Shown here piece by piece: positions 8,382 through 17,400 of a stretch of DNA of 64,000 nucleotides. The DNA comes from Candidatus Microsyncoccus archaeolyticus. Lineage in GTDB: Bacteria > Patescibacteriota > Minisyncoccia > Minisyncoccales > Minisyncoccaceae. Numbering within the stretch: position 1 is the stretch's first letter; every line of letters begins with the position of its first letter. Location of the stretch: the NCBI GenBank assembly GCA_036987155.1, contig BTXY01000003.1, forward strand, positions 28,098 to 92,097. The letters run 5' to 3'. A model generated the notes under the pieces. The model was not told the DNA's origin. It saw nothing but the letters and a program-made list of their open reading frames with translations, and made no database searches. The translations under genes and the position numbers were made by a program.

Positions 8382-10013
8382 ATGGAAAAAGAAACAATAA
8401 CATTTTTTGGCAAAACAACTTTTAGAGGAGAAAAAAAGAAATTTGGAATAAAAGACGATGACAAAAGACGTCATGTTTATATTATTGGTAAAACAGGAAT
8501 GGGTAAAACCGAATTATTAAAAAACATGGTTGTCCAGGATATTTTAAATGGAAAAGGAGTTGGTTTTATTGATCCTCACGGGGAAGCAGCAGAAGAGCTT
8601 TTAAGATTTGTCCCCAAAGAAAGAATAAAAGATGTTGTTTATTTTAATCCAGCTGATATTGAAAATCCAATTGCGTTTAATATTATGGAAGACGTGAGCG
8701 CTGAATACAGACACTTGATTGCTGGTGGATTAATGGGTGTTTTCAAAAAGATTTGGCCAGATGTTTGGTCATCGAGAATGGAATATATTTTAAATAATTC
8801 TATACTTGCTTTATTAGAGGTTCCAGGATCAACACTACTTGGAGTTAATAGACTTTTGTCTGATCCAGAATGGAGAGAAAAAGTAGTAAATCAAGTTAAA
8901 GATCCAATTGTTAAGTCTTTTTGGGTAAAAGAATTTGCTAGATATACTCAAAGATACGAAGTAGAAGCAACTGCAGCAATTCAAAACAAAATCGGTCAAT
9001 TTATTTCTACGCCCTTGATTAGAAATATTATTGGTCAAGAAAAATCAAGTATTGATATTAGACAAGTCATGGATAGCGAAAAGATTTTAATCATGAATCT
9101 TTCTAAGGGTAAGATAGGGGAAGATAATTCTAGACTATTAGGGGCACTTCTTGTGACAAAACTACAATTAGCTGCAATGTCTAGAGTAGACACTGCTGAA
9201 CAAGAGAGAAAAGATTTTGTATTATATATTGATGAATTTCAGAATTTTTCTACAGATTCTTTTGCTAACATTTTATCAGAAGCTAGAAAGTATCGTTTAT
9301 CTTTAATTTTAGCTCATCAATATATTGCTCAAATGGAAGAAAAGGTAAGAGATGCAGTTTTTGGAAACGTTGGGACAATGATTACTTTTAGAATCGGAGC
9401 TGATGATGCAGAGTTTTTAGAAAAAGAATTTTCTCCTGAATTTTTTATTGAAGACATGGTTAATCTTCCCAAGCAAAACATTATTGTTAAGTTAATGATT
9501 AACGGTGTTACCTCAAGGCCTTTTTCTGCTGAAACACTTCCTCCAGTGAAAAAGCAAGAAGAGTCTTTTGAAGATGAGATAGTAGGATTTTCTCAGAAAA
9601 AATACGGAAATGATAGATCTATTGTGGAAAAGAAAATTTCTGATGATTCAGGAATAGACTCTTTTATACCAATTATTAAAAAGAATAATAATATTGAGTT
9701 GCATGATGCAGTTTGTCAGAGTTGTGGTAAGAAATTTAAAGCACCATTTAAGCCAGACGGTAAAAGGCCTGTTTATTGTAAAACATGCTTAAAGAATAAA
9801 GAAGAATCTTCGAGTAGTTTCAATTCTTTACCAACAATTTCTTTAAAAGAATCAGCTAAAGATTTCGTACCACTGGTAAAGAAAAAAGAGGAAAGCATAA
9901 ATAAAAAAGAAATAGATTTGGTTGGGTTAAAAGAGGTTATCAAGAAAGCTAAACTAGAAACAAAAAAAGAAAAAGGAGTTATTCATCCAGGAGAAACTAT
10001 AAAGTTTGACTAA
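8382..10013 (+). CDS. TraD/TraG/VirD4-like (type IV coupling protein family) P-loop ATPase lacking TM segments, with C-terminal CxxC-x17-CxxC zinc ribbon
   Basis: Walker A YIIGKTGMGKT. Walker B plus TraG-D_C-like block LYIDEFQNFS...ARKYRLSLILAHQYIAQM. C-terminal CQSC-17aa-CKTC. Confidence 0.65.
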   Translation: MEKETITFFGKTTFRGEKKKFGIKDDDKRRHVYIIGKTGMGKTELLKNMVVQDILNGKGVGFIDPHGEAAEELLRFVPKERIKDVVYFNPADIENPIAFNIMEDVSAEYRHLIAGGLMGVFKKIWPDVWSSRMEYILNNSILALLEVPGSTLLGVNRLLSDPEWREKVVNQVKDPIVKSFWVKEFARYTQRYEVEATAAIQNKIGQFISTPLIRNIIGQEKSSIDIRQVMDSEKILIMNLSKGKIGEDNSRLLGALLVTKLQLAAMSRVDTAEQERKDFVLYIDEFQNFSTDSFANILSEARKYRLSLILAHQYIAQMEEKVRDAVFGNVGTMITFRIGADDAEFLEKEFSPEFFIEDMVNLPKQNIIVKLMINGVTSRPFSAETLPPVKKQEESFEDEIVGFSQKKYGNDRSIVEKKISDDSGIDSFIPIIKKNNNIELHDAVCQSCGKKFKAPFKPDGKRPVYCKTCLKNKEESSSSFNSLPTISLKESAKDFVPLVKKKEESINKKEIDLVGLKEVIKKAKLETKKEKGVIHPGETIKFD

Positions 10014-10040
10014 GACGATTTAATTGGATATCATTAATCA

Positions 10041-11204
10041 ATGAAAAGCATAAAAGATTTTGACATAAAAGGTAAAAGAGTTTTAGTAAGGTGTGATTTA
10101 AACGTTCCATTAGATGATAATGGAAAAGTAGCTGAAGATTTTAGAATAATTCAAATTTTACCTCTGCTTAATTATCTAAGAGAAAAAGGAGCAAGAATTG
10201 TTCTTATTAGCCATTTAGGAGACCCTAAGGGAATAAAGGATCCTAAATATTCTTTAAGACCAGTTGCAGAAAAACTATGGGAATTAATAGGTGGAGTTAA
10301 GTTCATAAACGAAGCAATTGGAACAAAAGTTGAATTACAGACAACTCTTTTGAAAGAAGGAGAAATTCTTTTATTAGAAAATTTAAGATTTTACAAAGAA
10401 GAGGAAAATAATGATTTAGAGTTTGCCCAAAAACTTTCTAATTTAGGAGATTTTTTTATTCAAGAAGGATTTGGAGTTTGCCATAGAAACCACGCTTCTG
10501 TAGTAAGTGTTCCTAAATTTTTAATTAGTTTTCCAGGATTTTTAGTAAAAAAAGAAATAGATGTTTTGTCTTGGCTTATGACCACCCCTGAAAGACCTTT
10601 TGTTTCAATAGTTGGTGGCGCCAAGATTTTAACAAAAACAAGGGTTATAGAAAAACTTGTTAATAAATCGGATCATGTTCTAGTTGGAGGGAAAATTGCA
10701 AATTCGATTTTAACTGTAAAGGGGATTTGCGTAAGAGATCGATGGACAGAAGAGGAGCTTAAATTAAAAGAAGATCTAGAAACATTAAATTTAACTAGTC
10801 CGAAACTTCATTTACCAATTGATGGAGTAATTTCTTTATCTTCTCTTGATGAAAATTATTTAAGAATAGGAGGAGTGGGAACATTAAGAAAAGACGAAGA
10901 CATTTTTGATATAGGTCCAGAAACAGTAGAAAAGTATAAAGCTATAATTTCTACAGCTAAAACAGTAATATGGAACGGACCGCTTGGATTTTATGAAAAA
11001 GAAGAGTTTCAAGAAGGGACAATGGGAATTATGAATGCTATGATTAACCAAGAAGCTTTTACTGTTGCTGGTGGTGGAGAGACAACAGAGATAATAATTA
11101 GAGAAGGATTAAATGATAAATTTGATCATTTATCATCAGGGGGAGGTGCAATGCTTGATTATATTGCTGAAGGTAATTTGCCAGGACTAAAAGTTTTAGA
11201 ATAA
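10041..11204 (+). CDS. pgk: Phosphoglycerate kinase
   Basis: KRVLVRCDLNVP, SHLGDPKG, NGPLGFYE and GGGETT motifs. Confidence 0.95.
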   Translation: MKSIKDFDIKGKRVLVRCDLNVPLDDNGKVAEDFRIIQILPLLNYLREKGARIVLISHLGDPKGIKDPKYSLRPVAEKLWELIGGVKFINEAIGTKVELQTTLLKEGEILLLENLRFYKEEENNDLEFAQKLSNLGDFFIQEGFGVCHRNHASVVSVPKFLISFPGFLVKKEIDVLSWLMTTPERPFVSIVGGAKILTKTRVIEKLVNKSDHVLVGGKIANSILTVKGICVRDRWTEEELKLKEDLETLNLTSPKLHLPIDGVISLSSLDENYLRIGGVGTLRKDEDIFDIGPETVEKYKAIISTAKTVIWNGPLGFYEKEEFQEGTMGIMNAMINQEAFTVAGGGETTEIIIREGLNDKFDHLSSGGGAMLDYIAEGNLPGLKVLE

Positions 11205-11205
11205 A

Positions 11206-12351
11206 ATGAAAATTAAAAATATTGACAAAGCAGCGGAAAGGATTAAAGAAGCAACCATTCAAAAAGAACAGATAATAATATTTGCTGATTCTGATTTAGA
11301 CGGTGCTGCCTCAGCTACAATTTTAAAAGAAACAATTGATAATTTAAACTATTCTGTAAGTGCGGTTCTTTTTCCAGATAGAAAAAAAGAGGGTTATGGA
11401 TTGAATAAAGACGTCTTACAAATTATTATATCTAAGTTTAAAAAAGGATTATTGATAACCCTTGATTGCGGAATTACTAATTACGAAGAAGTAAAAACCG
11501 CGAGAGAAAATGGTTTTGATGTGATAATTATTGATCACCACAAAGAAATAGGGAACAAGCTTCCCGAAGCTAATATTATAGTTGACCCAAAACAAAAAAC
11601 AGATGAGTCTCTTTTTAAAGAATATGCTAATGCAGGCGTTACCTTCAAATTGGCCGAGGAAATATTGGGTGAAAACATGTCTAACATGCTTAAAGAAAGT
11701 TTTTTAGAGCTTGTTGCCTTGGCCACTATTTCTGATATGATGATAGAGATAGAAGAAAACAAAGAATTCATAATTCAAGGACTACTAAATATTGAAAATA
11801 GCGAGCGTCCGGCACTTAAAGCAATTATGTCTTTTTTGGGAGAATTTAATTCAAAGCGTGACATGGTTTCAAAAATTAATAGTGTTTTAAATTCAGCAAG
11901 AATTAATGATCATGTTATAGCTTCGTATTTGCTTTTAACAGAATCAAATTTAGATAAAGCAAAAATATTAGCCAAAGATTTAATAGAAGAAACTGAAAGT
12001 AAGCATAGAGAAATTAATGCTTTAACAGAAAATGTTAAAAGTAAGTTCTTAAACAATAAATCAGAAATTATTTTTGATGGTAATCCTGATTGGCAAATTG
12101 AATATTTGGGCTCTGTTGCTTCTAGACTTTGTAATTATTTTGACAAACCAATATTTTTATACCAAAGATACGAAGATTTCAGTAGGGGAACAGTGAGAGT
12201 TCCAAAAATACATGATGCAGTTAAGGCAATGGAAAATTGTAGGGAATTGTTAAAAACATTCGGAGGACATGCTCCAGCAGCTGGGTTTACAATTAAGAAT
12301 GAAAACATTGAGAAGTTTGAAAAATGTTTAGTGGAGTACTTTAAGAAATAA
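11206..12351 (+). CDS. DHH/DHHA1 phosphoesterase, RecJ-like (short form)
   Basis: DSDLDGAAS, DCGITN, IIIDHH and GGHAPAAGF motifs. Confidence 0.75.
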   Translation: MKIKNIDKAAERIKEATIQKEQIIIFADSDLDGAASATILKETIDNLNYSVSAVLFPDRKKEGYGLNKDVLQIIISKFKKGLLITLDCGITNYEEVKTARENGFDVIIIDHHKEIGNKLPEANIIVDPKQKTDESLFKEYANAGVTFKLAEEILGENMSNMLKESFLELVALATISDMMIEIEENKEFIIQGLLNIENSERPALKAIMSFLGEFNSKRDMVSKINSVLNSARINDHVIASYLLLTESNLDKAKILAKDLIEETESKHREINALTENVKSKFLNNKSEIIFDGNPDWQIEYLGSVASRLCNYFDKPIFLYQRYEDFSRGTVRVPKIHDAVKAMENCRELLKTFGGHAPAAGFTIKNENIEKFEKCLVEYFKK

Positions 12352-12360
12352 AAAGAGCCT

Positions 12361-12504
12361 TTAATCGTTTTCGATTATTGGCTCAGATGGGTTTTGCGCT
12401 TTCTTAAAAGCGCGATGTGATGCTTCAATCTTTGCTTCCATTTCTTGCTCGTGGTCAGCATCAATTAAGATGCGACCGTCAAATTTTCTTTCAGCCTGTT
12501 TCAT
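12361..12504 (-). CDS. Small hypothetical protein (47 aa), not in the ORF track
   Basis: Minus-strand ATG at 12504..12502 gives MKQAERKFDGRILIDADHEQEMEAKIEASHRAFKKAQNPSEPIIEND, with the stop at 12363..12361. The region is locally GC-richer. It is preceded by a consensus promoter. Confidence 0.35.
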   Translation of the reverse strand: MKQAERKFDGRILIDADHEQEMEAKIEASHRAFKKAQNPSEPIIEND

Positions 12505-12521
12505 GTTAAATACCTATAAAT

Positions 12522-12550
12522 ATTATAACAAATAATTAAATAATTGTCAA
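12522..12550 (-). promoter_or_regulatory. Minus-strand consensus promoter TTGACA-17nt-TATAAT
   Basis: Reverse complement reads TTGACA (12550..12545), a 17-nt spacer, then TATAAT (12527..12522). The -35 abuts the rnhA ATG on the opposite strand. Confidence 0.55.
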
Positions 12551-12551
12551 T

Positions 12552-12989
12552 ATGAAAATAATAGTAAATACAGATGGGGCTTCAAGAGGTAATCCAGGTA
12601 TTGGTTCTGTTGGAGTTGTAATTTCTAATGATAAAGGAGAAGTTATTAAGAAATATGGAGAATATCTTGGAGAAAGAGTTACAAATAATGAGGCCGAATA
12701 CGAGGCCGTTATATTCTCTTTTAGAAAAATGAAGCTTTTGTTTGGAAAAGACAAAGTTAAGAAATTAGAAATAGAGTTTAGATCTGATTCAGAACTGTTA
12801 GTTAATCAAATGAATGGAAGATATAAAGTTACGGAAAAGCATCTTCAAGAGTTATTTATGACTATTTGGAATCTTAAAACTGATTTTGGAAAAGTTGAAT
12901 TTAGTCATGTCCCTAGGGAAAAGAATAAAGAAGCAGATGCACTCGCTAACCAGGCTTTAGATAATAATTTAAAAAAATCTTTATTTTAA
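12552..12989 (+). CDS. rnhA: Ribonuclease HI
   Basis: TDGASRGNPG, NNEAEYEA, SDSELLVNQMNG.YKV and REKNKEADALAN motifs. Confidence 0.85.
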   Translation: MKIIVNTDGASRGNPGIGSVGVVISNDKGEVIKKYGEYLGERVTNNEAEYEAVIFSFRKMKLLFGKDKVKKLEIEFRSDSELLVNQMNGRYKVTEKHLQELFMTIWNLKTDFGKVEFSHVPREKNKEADALANQALDNNLKKSLF

Positions 12990-12993
12990 ACAA

Positions 12994-13025
12994 AAACACC
13001 CTTGGTTAAAAGGATGTTTTTCATG
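12994..13025 (+). terminator. Hairpin + T-run after rnhA (lies between the convergent rnhA and rnpB)
   Basis: AAACACCCTT-loop-AAGGATGTTT (9/10 bp) followed by TTTT. Confidence 0.4.
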
Positions 13026-13034
13026 TTTTCTTTA

Positions 13035-13367
13035 CCTTAATAAACCCATAAGCCGAATTCTGTTTTAGGTGATTATCTATCTAAGGCCAAAGATCTCTCT
13101 TTGGCTCAAGCGAACTACTTTTTCTCTTATACAAGAGTTTGTTCTTGCTGCCAACAAGAATTTAGCCGTTTCACCTTTGGAATTACTTCCAAACTAATCC
13201 TTTTTAAGGGGATTCCTTAATTATTTCTAATTAAAGCGTCTCTGTTCGCATCTCTATCAAGATTTCTCTTGACGGTGGGCATTACCCACTGCTTTTTAGA
13301 CCTTAAATCAGGAATGGCAGTTCGGACTTTCCTCTCCAAATTGGAGCAATCACCCGGTTTATTAAGG
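13035..13367 (-). ncRNA. rnpB: RNase P RNA (bacterial type A-like)
   Basis: The reverse complement contains GAGAGGAAAGUCCGAAC (P4 5' strand), GGUGAAACGGC and ACAGAAUUCGGCUUAU (P4 3' strand). Terminal P1 pairing is CCUUAAUAAACC / GGUUUAUUAAGG. Confidence 0.9.
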
Positions 13368-13373
13368 CAATTA

Positions 13374-13402
13374 ATTTTAACTAATATGTATCAATGTGTC
13401 AA
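13374..13402 (-). promoter_or_regulatory. Minus-strand promoter TTGACA-17nt-TAAAAT placed to start transcription at the rnpB 5' end
   Basis: Reverse complement reads TTGACA (13402..13397) and TAAAAT (13379..13374). There are 6 nt between the -10 and the first P1 nucleotide. Confidence 0.6.
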
Positions 13403-13444
13403 GGTTTGAAAATTGATGGTTATTGTGAGATAATAAACAATAAA

Positions 13445-15034
13445 ATGGATTTTAATGGTATTCTAAATTCGAAACAAAAAGGAATTAAAAAAGCAACCCT
13501 AATAATGGTTGTCTCGGTTTTGATTAGTAGAGTATTAGGATTATTAAGAGATAGGTTTCTAGCTGGATATTTTGGCGCTTCAATTGATTTAGACATATAT
13601 TTTACTGCCTTTAGAATTCCTGATTTAGTTTACAGTATAATATTTGCTGGAGGAATAACGGTTTCTTTCCTTCCAATTTTTTCAGATTATTTAAAGAAAA
13701 ATAAAGATGAGGCATGGAAAATAGTTAATTATATTTTAAATCTATTTTTTGTTTTATATGCTTTATTCCTTTTGATTTTTATTATTTTTACTCCACAATT
13801 AATATCATATCTAGCTCCTGGTTTTGATGTGGTTTCTCAGCAAACAACAGTTGACTTAACAAGATTAGTATTTATAAGTGTTTTATTTTTTGGAATATCT
13901 TCTGTAATGGCTGCAATTTTAAATTATTTTAACAATTTTCTTGCTTTTTCAATTGCCCCAATTTTATACAATTTAGGTATTATATTCGGTATAATATTTT
14001 TATCACCCTATTTTGGAATATTTGGTGCTGGAATTGGTGTTGTGTTTGGCTCTATTCTTTATTTGTTAGTTCAAATTCCAGGAGCAGTAAATAATGGATT
14101 TAGATATAGGCCTATCATTTCTTTAAAACATAAGGCAATCAAAGAATTTTTTGATATGGTTGGTCCAAGAATTATTTCTTCTTCGTCTGTACAATTTGGA
14201 ATGGCAATAGTTACATTAATTGCTTCAGGAATTGGGGCTGGAGCGATTGCAGTATTTAATTTATCAAACAATTTAAGATATTTACCAATTGGAATAATTG
14301 GTATTCCTTTTGCTACAGCTGTTTTTCCAGCTTTATCTAAATCATGGGTTGATGGAAACAAAGATGAGTTTTTTAAAAAATTTAAATCAGTTTTTGAATC
14401 CATATTATATTTTTCTTTTCCAGTCGGAATTTTATTATTCATGCTCCGTGAGCAAATAGTAAGAATCGTTTTCGAGACAGGTTCTTTTGGAGCAGAAGCA
14501 GTTGCAATTACTTCTGCTGCATTAGGTCTATATCTATTAAGTACGGTTGCCCAGTGTTTAGGACCTATTCTTTTAAGAGGGTTTTTTAGTTTAAAAGATT
14601 CTAAGACCCCAACGATTATTGCTTTGTTTTTTGTTGCTTTTAATTCTTTGATTTGTTATTTTTTTGTTTCTTTTGGAGAAAATTTTATTAATCTTTCAGA
14701 AATTATTTTTGGAATATCTGATTTGTCCCAAGTTAAAATACTAGCATTGGTTTTTGGATTTAATTTAAGTTTATTCGCAGAGTTTTTCCTTTTATTGTTT
14801 TTATTTTATCGAAAAGTTGGAGATTTTGGGATTAAAGAAATTTCTATGTATTTCTTAAAAGTAATATTTTCTACAGGAGCCATGGTTTTAAGTGTTCTAA
14901 TGACGATTAGTTTTTGGCCAAACTCATTGCCATTGATTTATGATTTAATTTGGTTTTCAATTATTTGTCTTGTAGCTGGAGCCACATATGTTGCTTTTTC
15001 TTTTTTATGTGGTATTAATATTTTTAAAAAATGA
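13445..15034 (+). CDS. murJ: Lipid II flippase MurJ (MviN family)
   Basis: SRVLGLLRDRFLAGYFGAS...DIYFTAFRIPD and about 14 TM helices. Trimmed to ATG 13445. Confidence 0.85.
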   Translation: MDFNGILNSKQKGIKKATLIMVVSVLISRVLGLLRDRFLAGYFGASIDLDIYFTAFRIPDLVYSIIFAGGITVSFLPIFSDYLKKNKDEAWKIVNYILNLFFVLYALFLLIFIIFTPQLISYLAPGFDVVSQQTTVDLTRLVFISVLFFGISSVMAAILNYFNNFLAFSIAPILYNLGIIFGIIFLSPYFGIFGAGIGVVFGSILYLLVQIPGAVNNGFRYRPIISLKHKAIKEFFDMVGPRIISSSSVQFGMAIVTLIASGIGAGAIAVFNLSNNLRYLPIGIIGIPFATAVFPALSKSWVDGNKDEFFKKFKSVFESILYFSFPVGILLFMLREQIVRIVFETGSFGAEAVAITSAALGLYLLSTVAQCLGPILLRGFFSLKDSKTPTIIALFFVAFNSLICYFFVSFGENFINLSEIIFGISDLSQVKILALVFGFNLSLFAEFFLLLFLFYRKVGDFGIKEISMYFLKVIFSTGAMVLSVLMTISFWPNSLPLIYDLIWFSIICLVAGATYVAFSFLCGINIFKK

Positions 15035-16797
15035 AAATAAAGAATTTTGTTATTATCAGTCACATTGATCATGGAAAGTCAACTTTAGCTGACCGTCTTT
15101 TAGAAATTACAGAAACTATTAAAAAAGACAAAATGAAGCCTCAGTATTTAGACTCAATGGATTTAGAAAGAGAAAAGGGTATTACTATTAAAATGACACC
15201 AGTGAGAATGGAATACAATAATTTTATTTTAAATTTAATTGATACTCCTGGACACATTGATTTTAATTATGAGGTCTCAAGGAGCTTAGCAGCAGTTGAG
15301 GGAGCGATTCTTTTAGTTGATGCAACAAAAGGAATACAAGCTCAGACAATAACTAATCTAGAGTTAGCTAAAAAAGAAGGATTGATTATTGTCCCTGCGT
15401 TAAATAAGATAGATTCGCCTCAAGCAAGAATAGAAGATGTTAAAAAAGAAATAAAAGACATTCTTGATTTTAAAGAAGAAGAAATTCTTTTGATATCAGC
15501 TAAAACAGGGGAGAATGTAGAGAATTTATTAAATATAGTTATAGAAAGAGTTCCAGAAGCAGAAGATAACTCTAATAAGCCTTTAAGAGCATTAATATTT
15601 GATTCAAAATATGATTCTTTCTTGGGCGTTGTTGCTTATGTTAGAATTATTGATGGCAATGTTAAAACAGGAGACAAATTATATTTTGTTAATTCTAAAG
15701 CAGAAGGAAGTGTTAAAGAATTAGGATTTTTTAAACCAGGCATGACTCAATCTCAAAATTTGAAAGCAGGAGAAATAGGGTATATTGCCACAGGAATAAA
15801 AGATCCTGAGAAAATTAGAATTGGAGACACGATTGTTTTGAAGGGACAAGAGAACATTATTAAATCTTTAGAAGGATACAAAAATCCAGAGCCAAAAATT
15901 TTTGTTTCTCTTTATCCAAAAGCTCAAGAAGATTTTGAGTTATTAAAAACAGCACTACTCAAATTAAAACTTAATGATTCTGCATTATTTTTTGAACAAC
16001 AGAATTTTCATGTTTTTGGTCGTGGCTTTCTTTGCGGTTTTTTAGGATCTCTTCACACTGAAATCACAATGGAAAGATTAAAAAGGGAGTTTGATTTAGA
16101 AATCGTAATTAGTTCTCCTCAAGTACTGTTTAAAGCAGAAGATTCGAGAGGCAGGGAAGTTTTGATATATAATCCAGTTAATTGGTCAGATAATTTTAGA
16201 AATTTTTCAGAACCCTGGGCTGAAGTAAGGTTAATTATTGGTTCATCATATTTGGGTAGAGTGTTTGATTTTTTAAATGAATTAGAGGGAAGTCATATTG
16301 ATTCCAAGCCTTTTGGAGAAACAAGATATTTAATTGTTTATGAAATGCCCTTAAGGGAGATTATTGGAAAGTTTTATGAAAATCTTTTGAACATTACTCA
16401 AGGTTTTGCTTCTTTGACTTTTAAAGAAATTGGTTATAGAAAAGCAGATTTGGTCAAGTTGGAAATTTTAATTAATGGAAAGACAGAAGAAGCTTTTTCA
16501 AGAATATTGCCTCAAAGCAAGGTTAACTATGAGGCGAGAAGAATGGTTGAGAAAATTAAAGAAGTTTTACCAAAACAATCATTTAGTGTTCCTATTCAAG
16601 GGAAAATTGGAGGAAAGATAATTAGTAGAGAAACATTAACTGCAACCAGAAAAGACGTTACGGCACCACTTTATGGAGGAGACTATACTAGAAAGAGAAA
16701 GTTGCTAGAAAAGCAAAAAGAAGGTAAAAAGAAGTTAAAAGAAAAAGGAGAGGTGAGAATTCCTCCCGAAGTTTTTCTTAAGGTTTTTGGATCTTAA
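15031..16797 (+). CDS. lepA: Elongation factor 4 (LepA)
   Basis: [21 protein letters not shown]-type G domain, DTPGHIDF and NKID, plus the LepA C-terminal domain. Confidence 0.95.
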   Translation: [588 protein letters not shown]

Positions 16798-16895
16798 AAT
16801 CCTATATAAGCAAGAGATATTACCATGGATATTGCCACAAGAGACACAAGCACTATCCAAACAATCCTGAAAAGTTTTTTAGATTTTTTAGACAT
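16794..16895 (-). CDS. Small single-TM protein (33 aa), not in the ORF track
   Basis: Minus-strand MSKKSKKLFRIVWIVLVSLVAISMVISLAYIGF has a basic N-terminus and one TM helix. Its stop overlaps the lepA stop tail-to-tail. Confidence 0.35.
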   Translation of the reverse strand: MSKKSKKLFRIVWIVLVSLVAISMVISLAYIGF

Positions 16896-16903
16896 ATATT
16901 ATT

Positions 16904-17299
16904 ATGATAGCAAAAAATAATAAAAAAGTGAAGGGGATCATTAATGACCTAAAAAGAAAGGTCATTTTAGGCGGATTAATATTTTTAGTTGTTTTTATGC
17001 TATATACGAATATCAAGATATTAGAAGAGCGAAAAAGAGCAGAAAAAGAATTATTTAAGATAGAAGAGCAAATAAAGGAGGAGGAAAAAGAAAAAGATAA
17101 GTATAATTTTCAATTAGGAAAAAGCAACACAGAGGAATATTTAGAAAAAGTTGCGAGAGAGGAGTTAGGACTTCAAAAACCAGGAGAGCAAGTAGTAATA
17201 ATTAAAAAACAGGAGGAAGAGAAAAGCTCAGAGCAGATTGAAGATCAGGGTTTTGTAGAAAAGATATTTAATTGGTTTAGAGAGTTGTTGCCAGAGTAG
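16904..17299 (+). CDS. Septum formation initiator family protein (FtsB/DivIC-like)
   Basis: N-terminal TM helix, a coiled coil, and EEYLEKVAREELGLQKPGEQVVII. The stop TAG lies inside the downstream tRNA. Confidence 0.6.
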   Translation: MIAKNNKKVKGIINDLKRKVILGGLIFLVVFMLYTNIKILEERKRAEKELFKIEEQIKEEEKEKDKYNFQLGKSNTEEYLEKVAREELGLQKPGEQVVIIKKQEEEKSSEQIEDQGFVEKIFNWFRELLPE

Positions 17300-17361
17300 C
17301 TTAACGGCAAAGCAATTCTTTCGTAAAGAAGAGATTGCGAGTTCGATTCTCGCCTCTGGCT
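17290..17361 (+). tRNA. tRNA-Thr (anticodon CGU)
   Basis: Cloverleaf: acceptor GCCAGAG/CTCTGGC, D-stem GCTT/AAGC, anticodon loop TTCGTAA, T-arm GCGAG-TTCGATT-CTCGC. Confidence 0.85.
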
Positions 17362-17364
17362 CAT

Positions 17365-17393
17365 TTGCGTCTTTGATTATTTTTTGATATAAT
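17365..17393 (+). promoter_or_regulatory. Promoter TTGCGT-17nt-TATAAT; prfB ATG 7 nt after the -10
   Basis: TATAAT 17388-17393, ATG 17401. Confidence 0.45.
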
Positions 17394-17400
17394 TTTAAAC

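Noticed and set aside
12361-12510. GC-richer patch considered as SRP RNA, 6S RNA or tmRNA
   Set aside because: No SRP domain IV motif, no tmRNA tag or tRNA-like end, and no 6S-type long bulged helix is recognisable. It is left as a small-ORF candidate with an sRNA alternative.
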